Positions 9,620-22,203 of a DNA stretch of 29,245 bases are shown here, in pieces. The DNA comes from Geosiphon pyriformis uo1 (lineage: Eukaryota > Fungi > Glomeromycota), in NCBI GenBank assembly GCA_016748015.1, contig JAAOMT010000773.1, forward strand, positions 13,725 through 42,969, given 5' to 3'. How positions within the stretch are numbered: position 1 is the first letter of the stretch; the number at the start of each line of letters is the position of its first letter. Below the pieces are notes generated by a model. That model was not told where the DNA came from. It did not search any database and saw nothing but the letters and a program-made list of their open reading frames with translations. Both the position numbers and the translations under genes were made by a program.

Positions 9620-12600
9620 GGCTTGAAAAAATATTTATAATTATCAATAAAAGTTGTCTATTTTTTTAGTTAGTAAATATTTAAAAATTGCTAATTTAGT
9701 TAAAAATCATCTTGTACACAATCAAAAAACTTCTAAAAACTTATTTAATTGCTTAAATAATAAAAGTCTAAAGTATTTGATAGACAATATTTTGTTTGGC
9801 TTTTGTTTAGAACATAAAATAAGAATTATTTTTAATTTAAAAAAAATTTAAAATTTCAGAAAGCAACAAATACAGAAGATTCTATTAGATAATTTTTCTT
9901 AATTTATTGTTATAATAATAATAAAATTGGTACTTCAAAAATTTAAGGAAAAGCATTTGAATTTTATTCAAAGTAGTAAAGGCAGATAATATAAATATAT
10001 AATCAAATTTTGTATTTTGTTATATTAATAAATAAAGAATAATGAAAAATATAAAAAAGCATTTAAATTCTATTTAAAAACAGCATAGACAAATCATTTA
10101 AATACATAATACAATCTTGTATTTTGTTATAATAATAAAGAAAAAATAACAAAAGATTCAGAAAAAGCATTTAAACTTTATTTAAAAACAGCAAAGACAA
10201 AACATTTAAGTACACATTATGTTTTTGTACTTTGTTATAATAATAGAAAAATAATAATAAAAGATTCAGAAAAAGTATTTAAACTTTATTCAAAAGCAAC
10301 AGAGACAAAAAATTTAAATGCATAATATACTCTTGTATTTTATTATAAAAATAGAAAAAAAACAATAAAAAACGAGAAAAAAGCATTTAAACTCTATTTA
10401 AAAGCTATAAAAATAGAATATTTAAATATACAATACAATTTTGCACTTTTTTATGAAAATAAAAAAAAATAAAAAAAAGGTATTTGAATTTTATTTAAAA
10501 ACAGCAAAGGCAAAACATTCAAGTATATAATACACTCTTGTAGTTTATTATAAAAATGAAAAAGAATGACAAAAAATTCAGAAAAAATATTTAAATTCTA
10601 TTCAAAAATAGCAAAGACAAAACATTTAAGTGCATAATACGCTATTGTAATTTGTTATAAAAATAGAAAAAAATTTGACAAAAAATTCAAAAAAAGCATC
10701 CAAACTTTATTCAAATACTGCAGAGACAAGATATTTAAATATATAATACAATTTTGTACTTTATTATAAAAATAGAGAAAGAACAACAAAAAACAAGAAA
10801 AAAACATTTAAACTTTTTTTAAAAGCAAAAATAGCAAAACATTTAAATACACAATTTAAACTTGTATTTTGTTATAATAATAGAAAAAAATTTGACAAAA
10901 AATTCAGAAAAAGCATTTAAATATTATTCAAAAACAACAAAAGCAAAACATTTAAAAACACAATAAAATCTTGCATTTTTTTTATGAAGATAAAGAAAAA
11001 ATAATGAAAAACGAGAAAAAAGTATTTTAAATTCTATTTAAAAGCAGCAGAAACAAAATATTTAATACAGAATACAATCTTGTATTTTATTATACAATTA
11101 AAAAATATTTAAACTCTATTCAAAAGCTGCAAAGATAGAAAAATTACTTGGACAAGTTAAACTTAAAACATATTATCTAAATAAACCAAAAACAATAAAA
11201 AATTACCAAAATAGATAAAAAACAGCAAAAAATTTAAAGAAAACATTTCAATTTTATATAAAAACAGCAAAGACAAAAAATCAAAATACATAATATAATT
11301 TTGAATAATATTAGCAAAATAGATAAAAAGTCTTTAAAAAGCATTTGAATTCTATTTAAAAATAGCAGAAGCAAATAACTTTTGTTATTATAGTAATTTT
11401 ACTTTAAAAAACCAAACTTTTTTAATCAGCTTTTAAATGAATTTAAGTGTTTTAAATATAACAACTTGGGTATAATCATTAATAGATTTTTTATATATTC
11501 ATTTTGTGATATTAATATTGGTAATAATATGTTTTTGCCGGAATATTCAAAATGTAATAACATATTAAAAGATCTATTTTGGTGTAATTCTTGTAAATAA
11601 TTACAATTTAATAAAATTTAAAGAACATAAAATAATAGAAATAATAATATTAATCAAAATATAATATATATACAAAATAGTTCTGAAAACTACAGAGACT
11701 GTTTGGAATGGATTTTTCCCAATAAAATTATATATTTAGATCAAAATAAGTGCAGAAAAATTTGGTATCGTCAAAGAAAATAGATAAAAAAAAGGCAAAA
11801 TTTTATTTTAAAACAAGAAAATTCAAAAATATAAACAAACTAAGATTAGAAAAATTGCTTTGAAATATTTTAAAGATAGCCAATATTTAAATTATATTAA
11901 TTCAGATAAGGTATTTTCTTTTAAAAAATCTTTATAATTTTTTTTATTTTAATTTTTATTTTTAACTAAAAATTGTATTTGTATAGTTTATTACACATTA
12001 TTAAAGTGCCATCTGCAAATAAATTCTTGAATACTATGAAATAACCAAAGATCTTATAATTAATAAATTTAATATGGTTTTACTATTTGTAAAATATAAA
12101 GATCTCAGAGCTTTTCTTAAGTTAAATAAAGATATTTTTACTTAAAACATGTTTTTTTTCAAATTTCTGGTAAATTAAATTTATGTATGAATTAAAACTA
12201 CTGCATAGAGAGTTATATTCTGAAAATATTTTTGTTTTGAAAACAAACTCTTTAAAAATTGTTATTTTTGATCTTGGACTTTGTCATTCTAAAGATAATG
12301 TTCCGCAATCTGGAAACACTTCTAGTGTTTTTAAGTATCTTACACCCGAAATTTGCAAAGATAGTTCTTATACTAAGCATAGTAATATATATAGCTTTAT
12401 TACTATTTTATGTAATTATATCGGAAAAAAGATCTTTGAATAAAACAAATCCTATCTATATACTACTTAATGTATTTAAAAAAAAAGTCCTACAACCAAG
12501 AAACATATATTTCAATATATTCAGAAAATAGCTGAAAAAATTGGCATTGTGATTCATAATACTGTAGCACTGTAAAAGAACTTTAAAAAAAATTTATTGC

Positions 12601-12620
12601 TGCTCATGATAACTGTAACT
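9620..12620 (+). pseudogene. Decayed Sel1-repeat / TKL-type protein kinase gene: linker, ~15 Sel1 units, Cys-rich segment, kinase
   Basis: Linker 9660-9850 is homologous to 27300-27490. Open stretch from ~11425 reads FKCFK..SFCD..KCNNILKDLFWCNSCK, then DCLEWIFPN, KIALKYFKDS, intron ~11911-11986, ILEYYEITKD..MVLLF..DLRAFL, LLHRELYSENI (HRDLHSGNI), VIFDLGLC, YLTPEI..YTKHSNIYSF. Many stops and frameshifts. Confidence 0.85.
9853..11380 (+). repeat. Tandem array of ~15 degenerate Sel1-like repeats (108-bp / 36-aa unit)
   Basis: KAF(E/K)xY anchors (aaagcattt) at ~9950, 10056, 10164, 10272, 10380, 10477, 10584, 10693, 10802, 10910, 11019, 11102, 11240, 11338, with modal spacing 108. Restored consensus [36 protein letters not shown]. 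Confidence 0.92.
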
Positions 12621-14049
12621 TAAATAAACTTGTCTATGAAAAAAACTTAATTCTAAAGAAATAAAAAGTGCTTAATATAATATAGCAAGATATTAAAATC
12701 AATTAATTTCAAACTTTATATTTTCAATGAATGGTAAAACTTTCATTTATCATATTTAATAGTCAAGAGTTTTTTTGATTTAAGCATTTTTTTTCAGATT
12801 TGGATTTTTTTATTGGCACCAGTTATATGAATAAAAACACACTTGACCAAATCAATAAGCATTTTCAAATTATTTTTATTAATATTTAACTATGAAATAA
12901 TTTGAAACAGATGAATAATTTGATAAGAAATTGGTTCTTTATAAAAATTATTATATATGGTTTGATTAGTTAAGAGAATTTAAAATATATGTATTTAATT
13001 CATCTACTCCATTTTTAAATATGCAATTATTATTAAATATATACAAAAAAAAAATTTATTTGAAATAAAAACTTATTTAATTTAGTATTTAAATTATTAT
13101 TTTGCAATAACAAAAAAACTTTACCTGTCAAAAAATATTTCAATTTATAAAAATCACTACAATTAGGATAAAAACACTCATTTGAAAGATTTAAAAAAAT
13201 AATATTTTATAAATTATTTTCAAGAATATATATATATTTTTTTAAAATTATCTCTAATAAATCTAAAATAAACTATTTTTTGTAAATTTTATCTGATTCA
13301 ATAATTTAATTGAAACTTTTCTCAATTTAACAATCACTTTTGTATTTTATTTCTTCTAGTTTCTATAATTATTAGATTAGATTTCTAATCTGTTGTTAAA
13401 AATGTAAAATTTTTCAAGAAAAAGTTTAATAAACTCAAAAGTATAAAAGAGCAATAATATATAATAATAAAATTATTGATAATTAATTAAACATCAGCCA
13501 AATACTGTGAAAAATATTTAGTTTTTCTTTATTCAAATTTAATATTCTAGAACTTTCTAGGCTGTTCATCCTCACAAACGGCCTGATAAAAATCTTAAGT
13601 TAATTTAATATCAAAAGTATTATTAAAGATGAAAGAATCGCATATTAAATCTTATGTTAATAAAATATGTTGCTATAATCTTTCTAACAATATATTTTGG
13701 TGAAATTATGCTCAATTTTTAAAGGTAATTTTTTGTCAAACTATATATTGGTAAGATAATTTTGCAAGCAATTAATTATTATTCTGAAGATTAAATTAAA
13801 AAAATTTGAAAGACCGATTGGGAACTAATAAATCCGAAATTTTTTTCAAACATGAGCTTCAAATTTATAAAAAAATAACATAGAATTATAAGTTTTAAAT
13901 TTATTTTATTTATTTCATGGTGCATTAAAAAAGATTCCAAGATTTTGAAACACTTGGCAATACATATACTTTATTAGATAATATATATATTGAGATGATG
14001 TTTTTTCAAAAATATAATCAATTTAAAATTTAGTATAAAATCTGATTTG

Positions 14050-15551
14050 TAAAAAAAACATTTTGGCATTAATTAAACAACTAGTATAAAATACAATTCT
14101 TAAATAAATGGGTTTAAAAATTCAAAAAACAAAACCAGTTATATGTTTACTGATTTTATGGTAAAGCAAAAAATATATCAACTGAAAGTTTACTAGAAGA
14201 ATAAAAAAAATTAAAAACCATTATATTCGAATTTAATCCTATTAACATATATAATACTGATAAAACAGGATTATTTTTTCATATGAGACAGAATTAAACA
14301 CTTGCAAAATGTCAAAATACAGAAAAAAAATTAGTATATTATATTTACTAATTGTTATATATTATTGTTATATTAATTTAATTGGGTTTTTTATAAGATA
14401 AATTTCAGATTACAATTTTTTTTGCTACAAATTCAATTAAATCTTACAAATTGCAATTTTTAGTAATTTGACATGCAAAAAATCCAAGATGCTTTAAAAA
14501 AATTAATACTTCCAACCTACTTGTAATTTACAAATTCAATTTTAAAACATAAATGCACTTAAATATATAGAAAGCATGGCTTAAATAAATAAAGACTTTA
14601 AATTCAAAATTAGCATATATTATTTTTGGTTAATAATACAACTTTTCTTTATACTTAAATTGAAAAAGATTCATTTCAATTAACTAATATTATTTTGCCC
14701 TATTTTTTTCTAAATACAGCATCATATTTTCAATTAATGAATGCTGGCATTATCAAATCTTTCAAAGACGAATATAAATGTTTATATTATCAATATATTT
14801 TACATTAATTTGAACAAAAAATTAATATTGAACAGTTAAGTAATATAATATATAGTTTTATCTAATATTAATTTATTTTTTAGAAATAAATTAAACATAA
14901 AACAAGCAATTGATTATGTTGTTTGATCATGGTTTTAAGTAACATCTGTTACAATTCAAAACTATTGGCAAAAAATGAATATTCTTTTCTATAAAATTAG
15001 AAATTCAAAAATTCGAAACATCAATTGCTATGAATATATTCAACAATTTACCATCAAATACACAACAATTGGTCAAAAATTTCGAAAATTATACTGTAGC
15101 AGTTGATGAATTATTGGCAACTGAAAATATTTTTGATAATAATAAAATTGTAAATATGGTTTTAGTCAATGCTTAAATTGTAACCAATACAAATAATAAC
15201 TTGGAAGAAGACTTAGAAGAATTTTCATCTGCTATAATTACAATTACAGAAGCATATGAAGCATTAAAAAAAGTAATTAGATTTAAAAAAAAATTAGCAA
15301 AAGAAAATTTTAGTATAAAAAACCAAAATTTACTTGGAAAAAAATTATATGAATACAAAAAAATTCTAAAAAATTCTAAAAAACAGGGTAACAATTAATT
15401 AATATTTTAATAATAATAATAATAATAATTGATTAATTTAATAAATAAATATAGTTTATTTAGTAATAATTATAAAACTTTATAATAAAACATCTCTATA
15501 ATAGAACATAATTTGCATATTCCAATTGTGTTTTTTATAGAAGTCTGACTG
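14050..15551 (+). mobile_element. Decayed pogo/Tigger-like (CENP-B/DDE_1) DNA transposon, 5'-truncated, right TIR present
   Basis: W..KFKKQNQL..FYGKA (HGEA), IYNTDKTGLFF (NADETGLF), ITIFFATNS..KLQFLVI.HAKNPRCFKKIN, LVNN (LVDN), QLMNAGIIKSFK (QPMDAGII..FK); C-terminal ITITEAYEALKKV is ORF 15201-15398. Probable introns ~14334-14396 and ~14840-14883. Ends TATAGAAGTCTGACTG at 15551 followed by TA. Confidence 0.88.
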
Positions 15552-18500
15552 TATAAGTAAAAGACCAAATATTTTTAATCATATTAAGTTGAGCAATTTC
15601 TTGATATAATAACTTATACTAATAATTAATATAACTTTGACTATTAATAAAATAAAAATTTTTCAGATATTAGACTATTAATAAAATTTTATTATTTTTT
15701 TTACCATTTGTTGCTGAATGTCAAGCTACTTTTGGTGCAAAATTTCAAGACATAATTTTTTTCCATAGTGGTGAAAAAACATTAAATAATTGGATTATAT
15801 TTAAAGATCATTATTATTTGTTGTATTGTATATTAAAAATTTTATCATCTTAGTTTTTCTACCATATAAATAAAAACTAAGAAATGAAAGAGAAAAATAA
15901 TTTAAAGAAGAGAATTGATTAAGAGTTTGATATTTTTGTGATTGAAACTGAGTTAAACTTACGTTTTATTAATTAACATAGCAAAATAGCAACTTTAGAA
16001 GTTTAAAATAAAGTTATGTTATATTAAAATGATTAATTTTGCGAAAATTGATTTTAAACAAAGAAGATGAGTTATTATTGATATGATACATCAACATTCT
16101 TGGCTGCCAAACTTATAATTAATAAAATCATCTATATCTTTACAAAAATTATGAACAATTTTTTAAAAATTATGAAGAATTTTTTTAATTATTATATAAG
16201 TTAAATGTAAATGGAAATAGTTTCAAATTCAAGCTAAAAGTGTGAATTAAACCCTTTTATAAAAAAATTATAACTATGATTTAAATTTATATTAGTAATA
16301 ATAATTAATATAGACTTAAAAAAATCTAATATGTTCATCTAGATTGTTTAAATATGTAGAGATTATTTGGAATTAAAATGTCCATGTGTTTTTTTAATTT
16401 ATTGAAAGTTCTGAAAATGCACAATTCACAATCATATTATTTTAACAGGCAAAGATTGTCTAGAACTCAAACATAAATTACTGTAAAAATCTGAATACAT
16501 AATCTAGTTCTAAGATTGCAAATGGTAATCATAACCCTCAGTTGCTTTCAAAAAATATTTTTAATGTCAAAACATGAAAGTTAAATATCTTTTATTAGTG
16601 ATAATTTTAATAATATGTTTAACATAAACCTTATCTTGAATTTCATGAATTGATAACATTGATTTAATTAAACTATTATTTAGAAACTGTTTTATGAATT
16701 AATCTGCTAACTAATTAATCTCAAGCAAAAAAATAAAAAGATTTCCAGTATATATTACATTTTGGAAACCAGAAACAACTGATTTAGTCTTATTTTCTGC
16801 TCTATTAAAATGACACAAATATGACCTCTCTAGAGCTTTTCTATTTGCTGCTCAAATGAATTGTGTATTCCAATAGTTATCTAAGAGTGTTAAAAATAAA
16901 AAAAATCAAATTTTATTTATATATTTATTGTTTTTAGAATATTTTTAATTTGTATTTTGCTTTTTAAGATTTTAAAAATTATTTGTATACTATAAATATG
17001 CTTATTGTTATTATTTGTTTAGAACTATTTTATAATAAAGAGATTTTATGATTATATAAATATTAATATTAATTACAGAATAATTATAGATTATATGGAA
17101 TTTTTGAAGATTTAAGGGTTTTTTGTCTCAATTCGTAATATTGCAGTTAATTTTCACCAGTTCTAAAATTAAAACAAATCACATTTTTGCACTAAATAAC
17201 AAAAACTATGAAAAACAAAAACCAAAATTCGAACTATTTGGCAATAATCAGAACTACACTATTTAGGTCTGTAAACATGTAACTCGAAATATATGCTAAA
17301 AATCTATCTATAATTTTTAATCCACTTGGTTCTAGCATGATTAATATTATTCAAATTTTAATAGTATCTATAAAACTTTTAGAGGTTAATTTGATTTGAG
17401 GATTATGAGACTGGTAAAAAAGAATAAACATCTTAAGTTTATTAAATTCATCAAAATATATTTTAAAATTTTAAATTAAATAAATTTTTAAATTTATAAA
17501 AAAAAGCAAAGCTCTTTCAAATTTTCGAAACAATATTTCAAAATTTACATTTAAATTTAAAAATTATGATAAAGTAAGTTTAATAAAATATTATTATAAA
17601 AATACTTGTAATTTATATGATATTTTTAGTTAAAAACATTTATGTAATTGTTAATATAGATAGTATAGATAGAAAAATAAATATGTAAAGTTGTTAAGCT
17701 CTACTTTTTGTTGCAAATAATGAATTTATTACCTGTCTTGGTTATTTCTATTAATGCGTCTTGTAATTTTTGCACCTGTACTTTCTATTTATTTTTTCTA
17801 CTTTGCTTTTTCTTCTAACTCTTCTTTCACTTCTGGTCATATTTTTCTCTTCTTTCAGCTCCTTTCTTAACTTTTCTAATTTACCTTTTTTTTCACTCTT
17901 TATAAATTTTACTATGCAGTTGTTATACTCATATTCAGTTTTTTTCAATGCTGTTTCATATTTTTTATTTAGTACCAAATAAAAATCATTCTTAATAATA
18001 ATTTGTAATGGATGTACAATATTAAAAAATATTTGTCAATTTAAAGCATTTTTCAACTTTTTTAATTATTAAGAAATTTATTAAAAGATTATTTATTTAT
18101 TTATTTATTTTGTTTGAATCTTTTAGAATCATGACAATGAATAAGTAAAAAGATTTATTTGTTTATTTTCTATTAAAAGGCTGCTAACTAAAATACATAA
18201 TGGTTGTTGCTAATTTTAAGCCATATTGATTAGACTTTATATATGAATCAAAAATAGAATCTTGAATTCTATTGAAAAGTAATTTTTTTAAGACACTTAA
18301 AGATCAATTAATTTAATCATTACAGTTGAAAGAGAACCTTATCAGGCCAAAAATTTTTATGACTTTACATTTTTTTAAAAAAAATAAATGATTCAATCTC
18401 ATTAAAATTCATTCAAATACGGGTTTTTTATATAAGACTTTTAGAATTTAAGTTAAATGTAAATAAGTATAAATTAATATTCAATATTTAATTTCTAATA

Positions 18501-19401
18501 AATTGTATATTATATAATACTTTTTATAACAAATAGTTTTTTCAGCAAATTTTTAGGAAGAATATAATAAAAATTACTATAATTCCAACAATATTAAGAG
18601 CTATATTTTTATAGTAAAAAATTCAAGGTATTTATTTTTGCTAATAATTGTTATTTATAGTTTTAAATAGATTGAATATTTAATAACTTTTTTTTATTAA
18701 GATAATAGTTTTACTTTGTTTTTTTTTACATTGGTTCTGAATTGATATCATAATTAATATTACATTAACTACTTTTCATGAGTTAAATTTGAATTAAGAA
18801 ATTTATATTTTAAAATACAAAAATGAGATTAAAGCAAAAAATATAATACTACTAATAGTTTGAAAAATATTTTTTAAATAATTTAAATTCCAATTAGTGT
18901 CAATAAAAAAAAAATTTTACAATTTTTTAAATATATAAGAAGAAAATGATCAAATTTTTAATAAAAATCTGTTTTATTAAAAAGTTATTATTTTAAATCT
19001 GAGATTATATTTTGCTTGAAAACTTTTGTTCTTTTCGAATCTTTCAAAGCTTCTATAATTAAAGTATTTTTTATATTATTGCATAGTAAATATTAAAAAC
19101 ACCATCCAAAAGTTTATATTTTTAATTAGTGAGAAAATACAAATATTTAAAAGTTATATTTTTAATGCTATTTTGCTGAAAACCCTTTTATAATTTTAGT
19201 CTATAATAAAAACATCAACTTCAAAAATAATTTTTTGTCAAACAACTTATAATTTTTTGATGTTTAAAATAGAAAATTTTATTCTTTTAACTCTGTTGTA
19301 GAGCTTAAAATAGTCGGCTATAGAATATATTCCTAGTGAAAAATTTTTAAATAGGTAACAAAGTCTTCAGATATGTATGATCAAATTAAATAAAAGTAAA
19401 T

Positions 19402-22203
19402 TTATCTTTTTAAAATTTGGAAAACTTTATATTCCTCCAAAGAGAAATCTACCCTTTGATTTTCTGATCAAGGCATTATAGCAAGCTCATAATCTGTTGT
19501 CTTTTAACAAGAGCCCACTAGACTACTTTTCAAGTCATTGTCATACAAAAACAAATTACTAATTCCAAAATAAGATCTATGATTTGGCCCACCATAAAAT
19601 CCATATCCTCCAATAAATTTGCTAAGTTTAGTATTTTCAGTTTTGCCATCTCCAAGGAAAAAAACAAAACTTTCTTTTCCATCTATTTGTTCTTCCCAAG
19701 AATACCAAAATTGTGGGTTATAGCTGCTAATTACCTAACCAGTTCTTTTTACTTTTATTATGCTTACTGTTGTTTCTTTATTATCACATAATCAATAAAA
19801 ATCAGCTGGAATAAATCTATCTTAACTGTCTTGAAGTAACAATTGGAAATCATTTCCAAGTTGATTTTCAAAAAGAGTATTTTTATTTTTGCTTTCAATC
19901 CAATAATCAAGTTGTTTTATATTATGCAATTAAAAAAGCTTTGAATTAATGTTTGATTATAATAGTTAAACATCTACAGATTTTTAATGACTATTTAGTA
20001 CAATATAATAATATAAAAAATCTTCATATAAAGTTCCAAATAAGATTCTTACAAATGGTTTTACTTTGTAATAAAATCAACTGACAATATGTTAAAAAAC
20101 CAGATTAAAAGTAAAAGTTCTTAATAAATTTTTTAAAGATATTAAAATTTTCATCTGTTCAGTAAAAAACATTCTTTGTTTGAATATTGTTCTCTAATTT
20201 AGCAATCTTTCATTCTACAATTTTTTGTCATATTTTAGATTCTTCTATATTTAGATTATTTTGGGTTAAAATTGAAAAAAATACATTTTTGCTAAGTGAG
20301 GTAAATTTTTGTGAGTTAAAGACTATAGCTATATTGTTAGCAGCTATTTTAGCACAGGAATTTTGTAACTTTTTAAAAAAATCATGCTTAAATGCAGTTC
20401 TTTGCAATATAACAAAATTTTTTTCTAGCTCTTCTGTATGGTGTTCAATCAAATAGTCTCCAAAGTAATCAATAATACAGTATTTTTGAAAATAATGGTA
20501 AGATAACTCTTATAGTGCATAATTCTTATTATAGTTCAATCAGCTATTTTTAAAACATTTTAAGTAATAATTTATATGTACATATATTCTATGCTACTAT
20601 TTTTATTTTTTAAAACAAAATTGTTTTGATCAATAATGCATTTTATTTTTTGTAATGAAATATAATCCTGTAAAACTCAATTATAAAGTCGTTAAAAGAT
20701 TTTGACAACAAGATTATTCAAGTCCAACTGAAATATTTTGAAAAAATAATGTTTTTTTTTGCTTTTGTAAACAATATATAGAACAATTTCATAAAAATAG
20801 TCAATTTTAAACAATCCATTGTTTAAATTATTCACAAAAAACTTTACTAAAAATGCAATACCAGATTGAAAAAATCATAAATCGAAATTACTTTACTACA
20901 GCAATTGAAATTAAAGCACAACTTGCAAAAACATATTCTGAGATTGAAATAAGTAAACAAACTATTTGCAATAAACTTTCTAAGCTTGGTTATATAGTTG
21001 TTTTACCAAGATATGTACTTCTATTCACTAAACAAACTAAACAAACCAAACAAAACTAATTAGTATGGGCTTAAGAACATACTAATTATGATTGATACAA
21101 AGTAGTATTTTCAAATGAAACAACTTTACAAATGTTTTAAAATACTTGCTTGGTTTGGTCTTATTAGGGTAAATCTATTATACCAATAGTAAAACATTTA
21201 TTTAAACTTTATATATGGAAAGCAATTTGTGCATATAAAAAATTTGAGATATACATTTTTACAAAAAATATGAACTGATATTTTTATTAATAAAAATTTA
21301 TATTACAATACAACTTGCATATATGGACAACAAAGTTAGAATTTCTAGCATGATAATAATCCAAAGCATACTTTAAAAGATATTTATACAGATCTTGAGA
21401 TACAACTGCCAAATTGCATTTTGTCTTGGCTATCATATAGTTTAAATCTTAATCCAATTGAGAATATTTGGGCTATTTTTAAATGTAATGTTGAAAAAAA
21501 GTCAAAGCAATAATAGCACACAAAAAATATTTTTTAAGCAATTTTTATTACAATAGTAAAAAAAAAATCTGTCTAATAGAACCATTTTTAACTTTATTAT
21601 TAGTATGCAAAATTAAATTCATGATTGTATTAGTGTAAAAGTAGGATATACTAAATATTAATTTTTTGCATATATATTTTTTACTTATATATTTATTAAA
21701 TAATAAAATTTAAACAGAAATAATTATATATAAATAAAATAAAAATAAAAAAAATATCCAGCTATTAATTTTTGGGAGAACTGTATTCTCTAAAATAAGC
21801 TTATCAATAGTAATAAGCAATTCTAAAAGAATAAATATTTCATGTTTATTAAAAGAAATTTTACTATTATAAATATTCTGTACAAAAAAATAAAACATAT
21901 GAATTTATGTTAACCAAAATACTTTAAAGCAAATAAAAACTCTTACTTAAGAATTATTTCAAAAATATTAAGAAAAATATTAGGTTTGGCAAAAATAATA
22001 ACATTATTTTCCCTTTTAATTTAATTGTCAGAGTGTTATAGCAAAATAAAGTGATCTTGCTGCTAAAATTTGCAAATAAACTTGAAAAGTTCTAATATTG
22101 AGCATTTTATCAACTAAAGTTTTAACTTCAAAAAACTTTTAAGTGTTAAATAAATTCTCAAAATCATTGAATAAAGCTTAAAAGTATTGTTGAAAGTCTT
22201 ATT
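19402..22203 (-). pseudogene. BTB/POZ-BACK-TLDc pseudogene, copy 1, split by a Tc1-like insertion (20478-21783)
   Basis: BTB part ~22203-21786 (FNDFENLFN..QILAARSLYF..KPNI..IFEIILK). BACK part includes ORF 20228-20452 (FKKLQNSCAKIAANN..VFNSQKFTSLSKNVFFSILTQNNLNIEESKI). TLDc part ends DFSLEEYKVFQILKR* at 19402. Multiple stops. Confidence 0.88.
20478..21783 (+). mobile_element. Full-length (1306 bp) decayed Tc1/IS630-like transposon, DD35E spacing, TA target-site duplication
   Basis: TA|CAGTATTTTTGAAAATAATGG ... GCTATTAATTTTTGGGAGAACTG|TA (imperfect TIRs; TA at 20476-77 and 21784-85). Transposase relic 20655-21661: ISKQTICNKLSKLGY (HTH), VVFSNET, HDNNPKHT, WLSYSLNLNPIENIW, ending ISVKVGYTKY*. 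Confidence 0.93.

Noticed and set aside
9853-11380. CRISPR-like regularly spaced repeats
   Set aside because: The whole 108-bp unit is repeated and encodes Sel1; there are no unique spacers, and the context is eukaryotic.
12259-12531. Hydrophobic 90-aa ORF
   Set aside because: Out-of-frame overlap with the kinase pseudogene; hydrophobicity reflects AT richness.
16144-16186. 21-bp tandem duplication aaaaattatgaa(c/g)aatttttt
   Set aside because: Two copies only in low-complexity DNA; no functional evidence.
17751-17982. Lys/Glu-rich coiled-coil-like minus ORF and its Phe-rich plus-strand mirror
   Set aside because: May be a decayed gene fragment, but no recognisable domain, start or splice structure.
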